Source: Xylella taiwanensis (GTDB lineage: Bacteria; Pseudomonadota; Gammaproteobacteria; Xanthomonadales; Xanthomonadaceae). From it: DNA of 32,000 nucleotides. A program made the position numbers and the translations under genes. The stretch covers positions 270,001 through 302,000 of the forward strand of contig NZ_CP053627.1 in assembly GCF_013177435.1 (NCBI RefSeq). The letters are read 5' to 3'. Shown in pieces: positions 20,907 to 29,847 of this stretch (its first letter is position 1; each line of letters starts with the position of its first letter). Below the pieces are notes generated by a model that saw only the letters and a program-made list of their open reading frames with translations, did no database searches and was not told the DNA's origin.

Positions 20907-21167
20907 ATGTTGATCGATACTCAGAACATCATCGAGAACAATAAGCGAAGTGCCAATGATACGGGGTCCCCAGAAGTCCAGATTGCACTGTTGACTGCTC
21001 GTATTGAGTTGCTGACTAAGCACTTTAAAATTCATAAAAAAGACCATCATAGCCGCCGTGGTCTGCTGCAGATGGTTAATCGCCGTCGCAGTTTGCTTGA
21101 TTACCTTAATAAAAAGGACAACGAACGTTATAAGCTATTGATCGAAAAACTTGGCCTGCGCCGCTGA
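20907..21167 (+). CDS. rpsO: 30S ribosomal protein S15
   Basis: ORF 20769..21167. From the ATG at 20907: ...[45 protein letters not shown]...[12 protein letters not shown]. It is 86 aa and collinear with E. coli S15. Confidence 0.96.
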   Translation: MLIDTQNIIENNKRSANDTGSPEVQIALLTARIELLTKHFKIHKKDHHSRRGLLQMVNRRRSLLDYLNKKDNERYKLLIEKLGLRR

Positions 21168-21320
21168 GATTTTATCGCCCTCGCCGTGGATCAGAGACGT
21201 GCCGTGTGTTGTGTTTGGATTAGGAATGCACTTTAAAGATTGCAAGCCGCCAACTCCACGTTATTGGCAAAGACTGAGCACAGTTCATCTGTTGAAAGTA
21301 TTATCCCTAAGGAAACTCTC

Positions 21321-23423
21321 GTGGCAAAAATCACCAAAACCTTCCAGTATGGCAAGCATACCGTCACCCTGGAAACGGGCGAAGTTGCCCGCCAGGCGGA
21401 TGGAGCCGTTATCGTCAAGATGGATGACACTGTATTGCTTGTCACTGCTGTTGCTGCCAAGAATGCGCGAGAGGGCCAGGATTTCTTCCCACTGACAGTT
21501 GATTATCAGGAGAAGTTCTACGCTGGTGGGCGCATCCCGGGTAGCTTTTTTAAACGTGAGGGCCGTGCAACCGAGAAAGAAACGCTGATTTCCCGTCTGA
21601 TTGACCGTCCGATCCGTCCGTTGTTTCCGGAAGACTACAAGAACGAAGTTCAGATTATCGCGACGGTTATGTCACTCGACCCGGAAGTCGACGGTGATAT
21701 TCCGGCGATGATTGGTGCTTCAGCTGCATTGTCACTGGCCGGTATCCCGTTCAAGGGGCCAATAGGTGCTGCTAAGGTTGGCTACAAGGAAGGTCAATAT
21801 ATCCTTAATCCCACTGTCAGTGACCTGAAGAAATCTCAGTTGGAACTTGTTGTGGCTGGTACTGCTAATGCAGTGCTGATGGTTGAATCTGAGGCCGCAT
21901 TGCTTTCCGAAGAGGTGATGTTAGGAGCGGTCATCTTCGGTCATCGCGAGATGCAAAAAGTGATCCAGATGATCGATGCACTAACTGAAGAAGTCGGTAC
22001 ACAGCCGTCCAGTTGGGTGGCCCCGGCCAAGAATGATGCTTTGATCACTGCGCTTAAGGAAGCAGTTGGTTGCCGCTTGTCTGATGCTTTCCATATCCGA
22101 GACAAGTTGCAGCGTCGCGACGCGATCGCGGCTATCAAGAATGATGCAATTGAGCAATTGGCTGGCCGCTTTGAAGTTGAGGGCTGGAGCTTGGTGGAAT
22201 TGCTAAAGGAATTCGGTGAACTGGAGTACCGTACCATGCGCGACGCCTTGTTAAACACTAAGGTCCGCATTGATGGACGCTCTTTAGGCGCTGTGCGCCC
22301 GATCACAGTAAAGGTTGGGGTGCTACCGCGCGTCCACGGCTCTTGTCTATTTACACGTGGAGAAACTCAAGCGATCGTAGTCACCACGCTGGGTACAGCT
22401 CGTGATGGCCAAGTGATTGATGCGGTCACTGGTGAATATAAGGAAAACTTCTTATTCCATTACAACTTTCCACCATATTCGGTGGGCGAATGTGGCCGCT
22501 TTGGTGTCCCGAAGCGCCGTGAGATCGGCCACGGCCGTCTTGCTAGGCGTGGGGTGTTAGCTGTGATGCCGAGTTTGGATGAATTCCCTTACACAATCCG
22601 TGTTGTCTCGGAGATCACCGAATCGAACGGTTCTTCATCAATGGCTTCGGTGTGCGGTTCCTCGCTGGCACTGATGGATGCTGGTGTGCCGGTGAAGGCC
22701 CCAGTGGCTGGTATTGCGATGGGTTTGGTAAAGGAAGGGGATCGCTTTGTTGTGTTGAGCGATATCCTCGGGGACGAGGATCACCTTGGCGATATGGATT
22801 TCAAGGTTGCTGGTACCTCCGAAGGGGTGTCCGCGTTGCAGATGGACATTAAGATCGAAGGTATTACCGAGGAGATTATGAAGCAGGCTCTACAGCAGGC
22901 TAGAATTGGTCGTTTGCACATCCTTAGCGAGATGGACAAGGCACTGGCCGCACCGCGTGCCGAGTTGTCCGACTACGCGCCCCGCCTGCTGACGATTAAG
23001 ATCCACCCTGACAAGATCCGCGATGTCATTGGTAAGGGTGGTTCGACCATCCAGGCGATCACTAAGGATACCGGCACGCAGATCGATATCCAGGACGACG
23101 GTACGATCATCATCGCTTCAGTCAACAATGCTGCAGCCCGCGAGGCTAAGCGTCGTATCGAGCAGATTACCTCGGATGTCGAGCCGGGACGGGTTTATGA
23201 GGGCAAGGTTGTTAAGATTATGGACTTTGGCGCTTTTGTGACTATTTTGCCTGGTAAGGATGGTTTGGTACACGTTTCTCAGATATCCAGTGAACGTGTG
23301 GAGCGTGTTGGTGACAAGTTGAAGGAAGGCGATGTGGTGCGTGTAAAGGTGTTAGAAGTTGATAAGCAAGGTCGAATTCGCCTGTCGATCAAAGCCGTTG
23401 AAGAAGAAGGCGCTAGTGTATAA
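21321..23423 (+). CDS. pnp: polyribonucleotide nucleotidyltransferase (PNPase)
   Basis: ORF 21240..23423. The GTG at 21321, with AAGGA 7 nt upstream, gives (M)[25 protein letters not shown], aligning with the E. coli PNPase N-terminus. Two RNase PH domains and KH and S1 domains are present. Confidence 0.96.
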   Translation: MAKITKTFQYGKHTVTLETGEVARQADGAVIVKMDDTVLLVTAVAAKNAREGQDFFPLTVDYQEKFYAGGRIPGSFFKREGRATEKETLISRLIDRPIRPLFPEDYKNEVQIIATVMSLDPEVDGDIPAMIGASAALSLAGIPFKGPIGAAKVGYKEGQYILNPTVSDLKKSQLELVVAGTANAVLMVESEAALLSEEVMLGAVIFGHREMQKVIQMIDALTEEVGTQPSSWVAPAKNDALITALKEAVGCRLSDAFHIRDKLQRRDAIAAIKNDAIEQLAGRFEVEGWSLVELLKEFGELEYRTMRDALLNTKVRIDGRSLGAVRPITVKVGVLPRVHGSCLFTRGETQAIVVTTLGTARDGQVIDAVTGEYKENFLFHYNFPPYSVGECGRFGVPKRREIGHGRLARRGVLAVMPSLDEFPYTIRVVSEITESNGSSSMASVCGSSLALMDAGVPVKAPVAGIAMGLVKEGDRFVVLSDILGDEDHLGDMDFKVAGTSEGVSALQMDIKIEGITEEIMKQALQQARIGRLHILSEMDKALAAPRAELSDYAPRLLTIKIHPDKIRDVIGKGGSTIQAITKDTGTQIDIQDDGTIIIASVNNAAAREAKRRIEQITSDVEPGRVYEGKVVKIMDFGAFVTILPGKDGLVHVSQISSERVERVGDKLKEGDVVRVKVLEVDKQGRIRLSIKAVEEEGASV

Positions 23424-23815
23424 GTCTGGCTTCTTACCGGCTTCGCTGGCCATAGCTTAGAAAATGAGTTTCGTATTTCGTTTAGGGTGCTTTGGACGTG
23501 GGTTTGCTCCTTGGTAAAGGGTTTATGTATGCGTGGTCATTGGTGTAGTTATGTATGGCGGTGGTGCATTGTCTGTTGACAGCATCACCGATAACATTGG
23601 TTCTTTGTTTAACTGCTGAGAACTGGATGAGATTGTTGAAAATACGGTTCAAATGGAAATCACACTGAGTCCTGGGGTGCATCTTCACTAGGTAGCATCA
23701 AGCAGCCACATCACAGGATGCTGTGTGTTGATACGTACACTGATGATGGTTTTATTCCTGGGAATGCTGCCCAAAACTGGATTCTTGCTAGTTTATTTGT
23801 GGTGATTTCTCCATC

Positions 23816-23869
23816 CTTAGCACATCCATTCATAACCTCGTTTACGAGGTTATGAATGGATGTGCTAAG
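23816..23869. repeat. perfect 25-bp-arm inverted repeat with a 4-nt spacer
   Basis: CTTAGCACATCCATTCATAACCTCG-ttta-CGAGGTTATGAATGGATGTGCTAAG. I checked the arms base by base. It lies 20 nt beyond the stop of the minus-strand HxlR gene, in the convergent pnp/HxlR gap. Confidence 0.9.
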
Positions 23870-23889
23870 CATAGAATATAGGTGGTGTT

Positions 23890-24321
23890 TTAGGCCGAAC
23901 ACACTATTGCCAAGCCACCTTGTGCGCGATCGAAATGGTTGCGTGCGTTGCGTACTTCGTCATGGTGGGTGCTGGCCCAGTTAAGTAGCTGCATCACAGG
24001 TACCAACAGGCTTTCGCCCAGAGGTGCCAGTGCATAGTCTACTCTCGGCGGCTTGGTTGGATAGACTTTGCGGTTAATCATCCCGTTTCGCTCAAGATGC
24101 CGCAGGGTTTGGGTGAGCATCCGCTTGGAGATGTCAGGTACGGCGCGTTGAATAGCGCTGAAACGTGTTGGCCCGGGAACCAGAGTTAATAAGATCAGGA
24201 GCGTCCACTTATCGCCTATATGATCCAGCACATCGCGCACCGGACATTGGGTGGCGTCGAACGGGAGATTTTCCCAGTTAGGGGGAGGGGCCAAGGAAGC
24301 GAGAGAAGCGAACATGTTCAT
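23890..24321 (-). CDS. HxlR-family winged-helix transcriptional regulator (YtfH-like)
   Basis: A 143-aa ORF containing [78 protein letters not shown], the canonical HxlR/DUF24 pattern. It is divergent from a qorB-like gene, as E. coli ytfH-ytfG are. Confidence 0.92.
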   Translation of the reverse strand: MNMFASLASLAPPPNWENLPFDATQCPVRDVLDHIGDKWTLLILLTLVPGPTRFSAIQRAVPDISKRMLTQTLRHLERNGMINRKVYPTKPPRVDYALAPLGESLLVPVMQLLNWASTHHDEVRNARNHFDRAQGGLAIVCSA

Positions 24322-24436
24322 GATGGGGGTTCCTCAAAAATCACCTTGACTGCAAAAAATTTCTTCTTGTGGAAAAAATTATAGCCTCGACAATGAAACA
24401 TGAGATTTTAAGAATCTATACATGTAGGACTTTAGC

Positions 24437-25318
24437 ATGACCCAAACTGTTTCCCGCATTCTTGTTACTGGTGCCAGCGGCCAACTTGGCGCTTTAGTGA
24501 TCGAAGAATTGCTAGGAATGATACATGCATCTCATTTAATCGCTGCAGCACGTGATCCAAAGGTATTAGCAGCGTTTAGTACACGTGGTGTTGAGACGTG
24601 TCGATTGGATTACAGTGATCAGGCCAGTATAGATGCTGCCCTTCAAGGGGTAGATCGTGTGCTGCTGGTATCCTCTAATACCATCGGTCAACGCTTTGCA
24701 CAACATCGCAACGTAATTGAAGCTGCGGCACGTGCTGATATGGGCTTGTTTGCTTACACCAGCTTGTTACACGCGGATAGCTCGCCACTGCTGCTGGCCC
24801 AGGAACACGTGCAGACTGAAGCGTTATTGAGGGCATCAGGTATGCCTTACGTGCTGTTGCGTAATGGTTGGTACACCGAGAACTACACTGTCTCGATAGG
24901 ATCCGCGTTAGTTCATGGGGCTGTGTTTGGTAGCGCTGGTACAGGCCGTATTGCTGCGGCCACACGTTCTGACTACGCTGCTGCTGCTGCTGCGGTGTTG
25001 GTTTCTGATGTGGATCAAAATGGTCGCACCTACGAATTGGCTGGTGACGAGGCATTTACGCTGGCCGAATACGCTGCAGAGATTGAAAAACAGTCTGGAA
25101 AACCAGTGATTTATCGCGATTTACCGGAAGCTGAGTACGCTGCAATCTTGACACAGGGAGGATTACCGGAAAGCTTCGCTGCGATTCTGGCACAGTTTGA
25201 TATTGGTGCTTCGCAGGGCGGACTATTCGATGATAGTCACCAACTCAGTGCTCTCATCGGACGGCCGACTACCCCACTACGTGAAGTGGTGTCGAAAGCG
25301 CTTTCCGAGACTCATTAA
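24437..25318 (+). CDS. qorB: NmrA/SDR-family NAD(P)H:quinone oxidoreductase (QorB/YtfG-like)
   Basis: It is collinear with E. coli YtfG over the full length: ILVTGASGQLG, GQR..QHRNVI.AA..A....FAYTSLLHAD.SPL.LA.EH..TE..L..SG..Y.LLRNGWY.ENY, ATR.DYAAAAA.V, YELAGD.A.TL...AAE..KQSGK, GASQGGLFDDS..LS.LIGRPTT. Confidence 0.9.
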   Translation: MTQTVSRILVTGASGQLGALVIEELLGMIHASHLIAAARDPKVLAAFSTRGVETCRLDYSDQASIDAALQGVDRVLLVSSNTIGQRFAQHRNVIEAAARADMGLFAYTSLLHADSSPLLLAQEHVQTEALLRASGMPYVLLRNGWYTENYTVSIGSALVHGAVFGSAGTGRIAAATRSDYAAAAAAVLVSDVDQNGRTYELAGDEAFTLAEYAAEIEKQSGKPVIYRDLPEAEYAAILTQGGLPESFAAILAQFDIGASQGGLFDDSHQLSALIGRPTTPLREVVSKALSETH

Positions 25319-25344
25319 GGTACTTCTGTGTGTGGTTAGATTCC

Positions 25345-25652
25345 AGTCACGCATTGGTATGGTTGACGACTTGATGCTTAGAAGTAGTGTCAATGGTGAA
25401 ATTCCGTGTCGACTTCCACTATTGCCCATTATTGCTGAGTATGTTGCCTTGAACATGTCATTGCAGCAATAAATAAAGCACTGCTATCAATCCCGGTTTG
25501 AAGGTATAGCAATAGTCTTGATGGTAGCCGTGCCAAGTGAGCAGTTGTCGTCTGTATCCTGTATTGCTGGTATTGGTTTGATCGAATTTGCGGCCATACA
25601 TAACTCCCCGCTTGGCGGTCGTGGTCGCTCTTAGGGTCTTGGGACTGGCCAA
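25345..25652 (-). pseudogene. heavily decayed msrA-like relic (peptide methionine sulfoxide reductase A)
   Basis: One minus-strand frame reads ...AKRGVMYGRKFDQTNTSNTGYRRQLLTWHGYHQDYCYTFKPGLIAVLYLLLQ*HVQGNILSNNGQ*WKSTRNF. This is collinear with the E. coli MsrA blocks GCFWGVERLF / AAGYTGG / [25 protein letters not shown] / HDPAQG / GNDHGTQYRS. In-frame stops occur at 25458-25460 (TGA) and 25419-25421 (TAG, where Q is expected), the catalytic Cys is lost, and there are internal deletions. Confidence 0.4.
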
Positions 25653-26763
25653 GCTATCAACTGTGATGACGGACTGCGTTTAGTAAAGGGATAACGTGAT
25701 TGCCACGCTGGATATAGAAAAGGCATGGTATAGAAAAGCAACATAAAACACTTAACTTAATGATTGCGTGTCGTGACTTTGGTGCGATTGGATGCTGGGT
25801 GCCGATCATCTGTGGGCGCTGTGAATGAGCCTAACAGCGGCATATTGCGCTGATCTTTTTGATTTCGTTTGCTCTCTGAAGAGAGAAACACCGCTGAACA
25901 TATTAGTGCGTTTCGATGTTCAAAGGCCACACATGGCGGTGCTTTCAGTACACCGTGTGGTTACATTAGCGGATTAAGCGCATTCCCCCACCGTGACGAC
26001 ATCGCTTCAGCTTTATCTGCTTGGTGTCGTCACTGAAAAAATAGTTTGTTTGTTTCTTGTTTTGCTGAGTAGTTGTAGTTTTATCTTGGCTGTCTATTTT
26101 TGGTTAAGTGCAAAATACCTGCATCGTTATTGGTGTATTTGGTGTCCGGCAGCGATTTTCCAGGTGTGCGACGAACCGTGATGTCTGCGTCGTCCAGCGG
26201 TAGGTTCATCGGTTCTTTTACACCAATCAGCTTTCATCGTGTTGGCGTGTTTACTTGTCGCCTAATGCGTCATTGGCGCGATTGAATTTGTCTTTTGGGC
26301 GGTGTAGCAGTACGAGTGTGTGCTGCTCCGGGTGATACGGTCGCCTGATGTTCTTGTCAGACACTTCAGTCCATTTGAAGAGCAAATGGGTTGTCGGCTA
26401 TGCAATATTCCCCACAGAACATCACGCGTCCTTGTGCAAGAGCGATGGTGGCTTTGCTCGGCGGTGGCGCTTACAGAAACTGCCTTATTGATGCTCACTC
26501 CTTCGTTGCCTAACAAAGAGTGTGTGCGGCCCTTAATTCTGTTTCAGACAGATCGATTTCCCCAAGTACGGATTGTGCTTTAGCCTGCTCCAAAGTGGTC
26601 TCGCTGAAGTGGCCAATGCTCAAAATCATCGTTTCGCTGATTTCTTCAGGGTACGCAAGAGTCTTTGCTAGTTTGGTTTGGCTATCGCATTGTGGCTTTC
26701 ACATTAAGGAAGTACGTGACGAGCGGCAGTGGCCAGCTATGCGTGTCATGCTGACTCACACTC

Positions 26764-29700
26764 TTACCCCAGTGTTTCCACAACACTTTTGTTGCCAAGG
26801 CGTAGACCGAAGAGCGTGTCATACAGACTTGGGATCAGGCCCAATGTCACCAACGTGCCCAGTGCTAAACCGCCGATCATGGTAATTGCCATCCCAGTCC
26901 ACAGTGGGCCACCGAACAGCATCAGTGGCACCAAGCCGACGATGCAGGTCAGCTTGGTCATGACAATGGGCCGCAGGCGTTTCACGGCTGCCGACACGAC
27001 AGCCTCCCGACGCGCTAAGCCATCGGCGAGCTCTGCTTCGATGCGTTCCAGCAATAGCACGGCGTTATTGACAATGATCCCAGCCAGTGCAAGTAGGCCG
27101 AAGGTGGCGATAAAGCCAAAAGGGTAACCGGTTGTCAGCAGTGCTACAGCTGCACCGATGAGCACAAATGGGATGCTGGCTACTACGATGAATAATTTGC
27201 GGAACGAATTGAATTGCAAGATGAATAGCAGCAGGATTGCGACCAGTGCATGCGGCATGAACTGTAACAGTGCTTGGTTGGCTTGTGCCGCGTCTTCGAT
27301 CTCGCCACCAAGCTCGATGTGATAGCCAGGCGGCAGCTTCAGTGAGGTGACCTTGGGTGCAAGTGTCTGCACAATTTCACCTGCGGTCATTCCCGCATTG
27401 TGCCCGATGATTGTGATCGCACGGTTAAGATTGCGACGCATCAGTGTGGAGGGTTCAGTATCGTTCTCTATCGTGGCGATCGCTGACAACGGCAGTGGCG
27501 TGCCCACTGCTTGGGAGTACACCAGGGTGTCGGCTGGACTACCCTGTGCGGCGCGCTCGGTTGCATTGCCACGCAGCACGATCGGTGCGGCAACGCCATC
27601 ATCGCGGATCAGCGAAGCGTGCACACCGCTATAGCGCATCTGTAGAGCTTGGGTAATGTCTTCGGTGCTAATGCCGGCACGGCGTGCCTTTAACTGATCC
27701 ACCTGCACGATGTAACGTGGTATGCGGGTCTGCCAGTCGTCATAAACGTCATACGTGCCTGGCAGTGCACGCAGCGCATCGCTGATCTGCTCAGCAGACT
27801 GACGTAGCACTGCCTCATCCGATCCGATGATGCGGTAGATCGCAACGCCCGCTTCGGTCGCTCCTAATGAGAAGCGCTTGGGCTCAGCACGTACATATGG
27901 GAACGCATGACGCATATGCTCGCGGGTGCGTGCGATGACTGTGTCGATGTCAGTACCTGGATGCACACTGATGGTGAAGTAGGCGATATTGGCTGCTGGA
28001 AGTGGTGGATTCAGACCAAGGACGATGCGTGGACCACCATCGGCGACGTAACCGATGCTGTCCACCACCTCCGGATTAATCTGCTTGTCAGCGAACCAAC
28101 GGCTTATTTGTTCGACTGTGCCCAGGGTTTGCCGTGAGTCACTACCAGGCTGCAGCGTGATGGGCATTTGGAATTGCAAGCGATCGGATTTGGGGAGGAA
28201 GTTATACGGAATCGAAGTCATGACGATGACTGCCACGGTGAGCAGTGCCAGCATGCTACCGATGAACAGCGCCTTGTGTTCCAGCACGCGGCTGATGATT
28301 GCCCGGTAGCCACGATAAAACGGCGAATCGTAATGGCTGTGCCCCTGACCTTCGATGGATGCACGATGCGCCTTGGCGAAGTACAAGCACAGTAGTGGAA
28401 TGACGGTGATGCTAAGCAACCAAGAGCTTAGCAAGGTGACCGCCAACACGATGACCAGCGGACGCAAATACTCATTTGTTGCGGTCTCGCCGAAGAAGAA
28501 AGGAGAGAATGCCAGCACGATCACCAGCGATGATGTCAACAATGGGATCGACAGAGTACGCCCGGCTTCGATGCACGCATGGCGTCGTTCTTCGCCCCCG
28601 GCAAGACGGCGCTCGATATCCTCGGCGATGACGATACCGTTATCTACTAACAGGCCCAGTGCCATAATGATTGCGGCAATCGAGACGGTATGCAGTTCGA
28701 CACTGACTGCACGCATGACGATCAGCGAACAGAGAATAGTCAGCGGCACGATCGCTCCAACGATCAGGCCAGTGCGCCAGCCTAGGAACAGCATCACGAT
28801 GGCCATGACGATGACCACAGTTTCACCCATGACACGATGCATCTTGCCCATCTCACGATCGACTACATCGGCCTGGAAGGTCACCACGTGCTGTTCAAAC
28901 CCTATCGGTAGCAGTTGACTGGTGTCTTCAAGTGCAGCGCGCAGTGTTTTACCGAACTTCGAAATGTTGCGTCCCCTGGTCATTGACACGGCGAGTACCA
29001 CGGCCGGTTGTCCCTGATAGACCGTTGCCGTTTGCGGTGGATCTGCAGGCATCACGTGTACTTGCGCGATCTGACTTAATGGCACCTCGTGTGCACTGCC
29101 GGTACCAGGTACGGATACCAGAAAGCGGCGCAATTCCTCGACACTACGTACTTCGCCGCTGGTAGCGACAGTCAACGCCAACCCGGACGCGGATACGAGT
29201 CCACCAGGGGTGACGACATTCTGTGCATGCAATTGCTGGATCACTGCCGCCGGAGTTAACCCGGCCTCGACCAGTCGCGCGCGGTCAAACGCGACGTAAA
29301 CCTGATCCTCCTGTAGACCGTACAGATTGACCTGTTCCACTCCAGGCACGGTGTACAGTTGTTCGCGCATCCGGCGTAGTGGTTCACGCATTTCGCTCAT
29401 GCTGAAGCCAGGTGCAGTGATCGCTATGGAAGCGACTGCGACACGGCCGAAGTCGTCGTCGACAAAGGGCCCAAACGTGCCGGCGGGTAATACTGTACTG
29501 GCCTCAGCGGCTTTGGCGCGGACGCGCAGCCACAGCGTTTCTAGATTTTTGACATTGTCGTAGGCGGTCAACTGGATGAGTGCCCTCCCTGGCCGTACAG
29601 TGGTGACAATGTTCTTGATACCGACAATCTCGCGCAGACGTTCCTCGGTAGGCTTTGCCAGCAACGTTTCGACTTGCTCACTGGGCATCCCTGGATAGGC

Positions 29701-29847
29701 CACTGATATCAGTGCATCACGCACGGTGACCGAGGGTTCCTCTTGTGAGGGAAAGTCGAGAAAGGTGACGATACCGGCGAGCAGTAGCAGCACTGCTGTG
29801 AATAGCGTCAGACGGTTGGCGCTCAGTGCCACGCGCGTGATGTTCAC
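26764..29847 (-). CDS. RND efflux transporter permease (AcrB/AcrD/AcrF superfamily)
   Basis: A 1027-aa ORF with 12-TM RND architecture. TM4 ALGLLVDNGIVIAEDIER aligns with AcrB AIGLLVDDAIVVVENVER. TM10 LAGIIVNNAVLLLERI aligns with IGLSAKNAILIVEFA. TM11 KRLRPIVMT is conserved. The GTG start overlaps the MFP stop (GTGA). Confidence 0.93.
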   Translation of the reverse strand: MNITRVALSANRLTLFTAVLLLLAGIVTFLDFPSQEEPSVTVRDALISVAYPGMPSEQVETLLAKPTEERLREIVGIKNIVTTVRPGRALIQLTAYDNVKNLETLWLRVRAKAAEASTVLPAGTFGPFVDDDFGRVAVASIAITAPGFSMSEMREPLRRMREQLYTVPGVEQVNLYGLQEDQVYVAFDRARLVEAGLTPAAVIQQLHAQNVVTPGGLVSASGLALTVATSGEVRSVEELRRFLVSVPGTGSAHEVPLSQIAQVHVMPADPPQTATVYQGQPAVVLAVSMTRGRNISKFGKTLRAALEDTSQLLPIGFEQHVVTFQADVVDREMGKMHRVMGETVVIVMAIVMLFLGWRTGLIVGAIVPLTILCSLIVMRAVSVELHTVSIAAIIMALGLLVDNGIVIAEDIERRLAGGEERRHACIEAGRTLSIPLLTSSLVIVLAFSPFFFGETATNEYLRPLVIVLAVTLLSSWLLSITVIPLLCLYFAKAHRASIEGQGHSHYDSPFYRGYRAIISRVLEHKALFIGSMLALLTVAVIVMTSIPYNFLPKSDRLQFQMPITLQPGSDSRQTLGTVEQISRWFADKQINPEVVDSIGYVADGGPRIVLGLNPPLPAANIAYFTISVHPGTDIDTVIARTREHMRHAFPYVRAEPKRFSLGATEAGVAIYRIIGSDEAVLRQSAEQISDALRALPGTYDVYDDWQTRIPRYIVQVDQLKARRAGISTEDITQALQMRYSGVHASLIRDDGVAAPIVLRGNATERAAQGSPADTLVYSQAVGTPLPLSAIATIENDTEPSTLMRRNLNRAITIIGHNAGMTAGEIVQTLAPKVTSLKLPPGYHIELGGEIEDAAQANQALLQFMPHALVAILLLFILQFNSFRKLFIVVASIPFVLIGAAVALLTTGYPFGFIATFGLLALAGIIVNNAVLLLERIEAELADGLARREAVVSAAVKRLRPIVMTKLTCIVGLVPLMLFGGPLWTGMAITMIGGLALGTLVTLGLIPSLYDTLFGLRLGNKSVVETLG

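Noticed and set aside
25993-26181. A 62-aa hydrophobic + strand ORF (MTTSLQLYLLGVVTEKIVCLFLVLLSSCSF...) that looks like a two-TM small membrane protein.
   Set aside because: The hydrophobicity is what T-rich DNA yields in any frame (F, L, V, C). It has a GTG start without an SD and overlaps another ORF in the track. There is no supporting evidence.
26370-26480. A minus-strand frame ending ...ALAQGRVMFCGEYCIADNPFALQMD*, which faintly resembles the MsrB C-terminus (HLGHVF.DGP.PTG.RYCINS.AL.F). This would be suggestive given the msrA-like relic nearby.
   Set aside because: Only G.V.F, YCI and AL match, and only with a 7-residue gap. No upstream MsrB motifs (CxxC, GWPSF) appear in any frame. The similarity is too weak to report as a feature.
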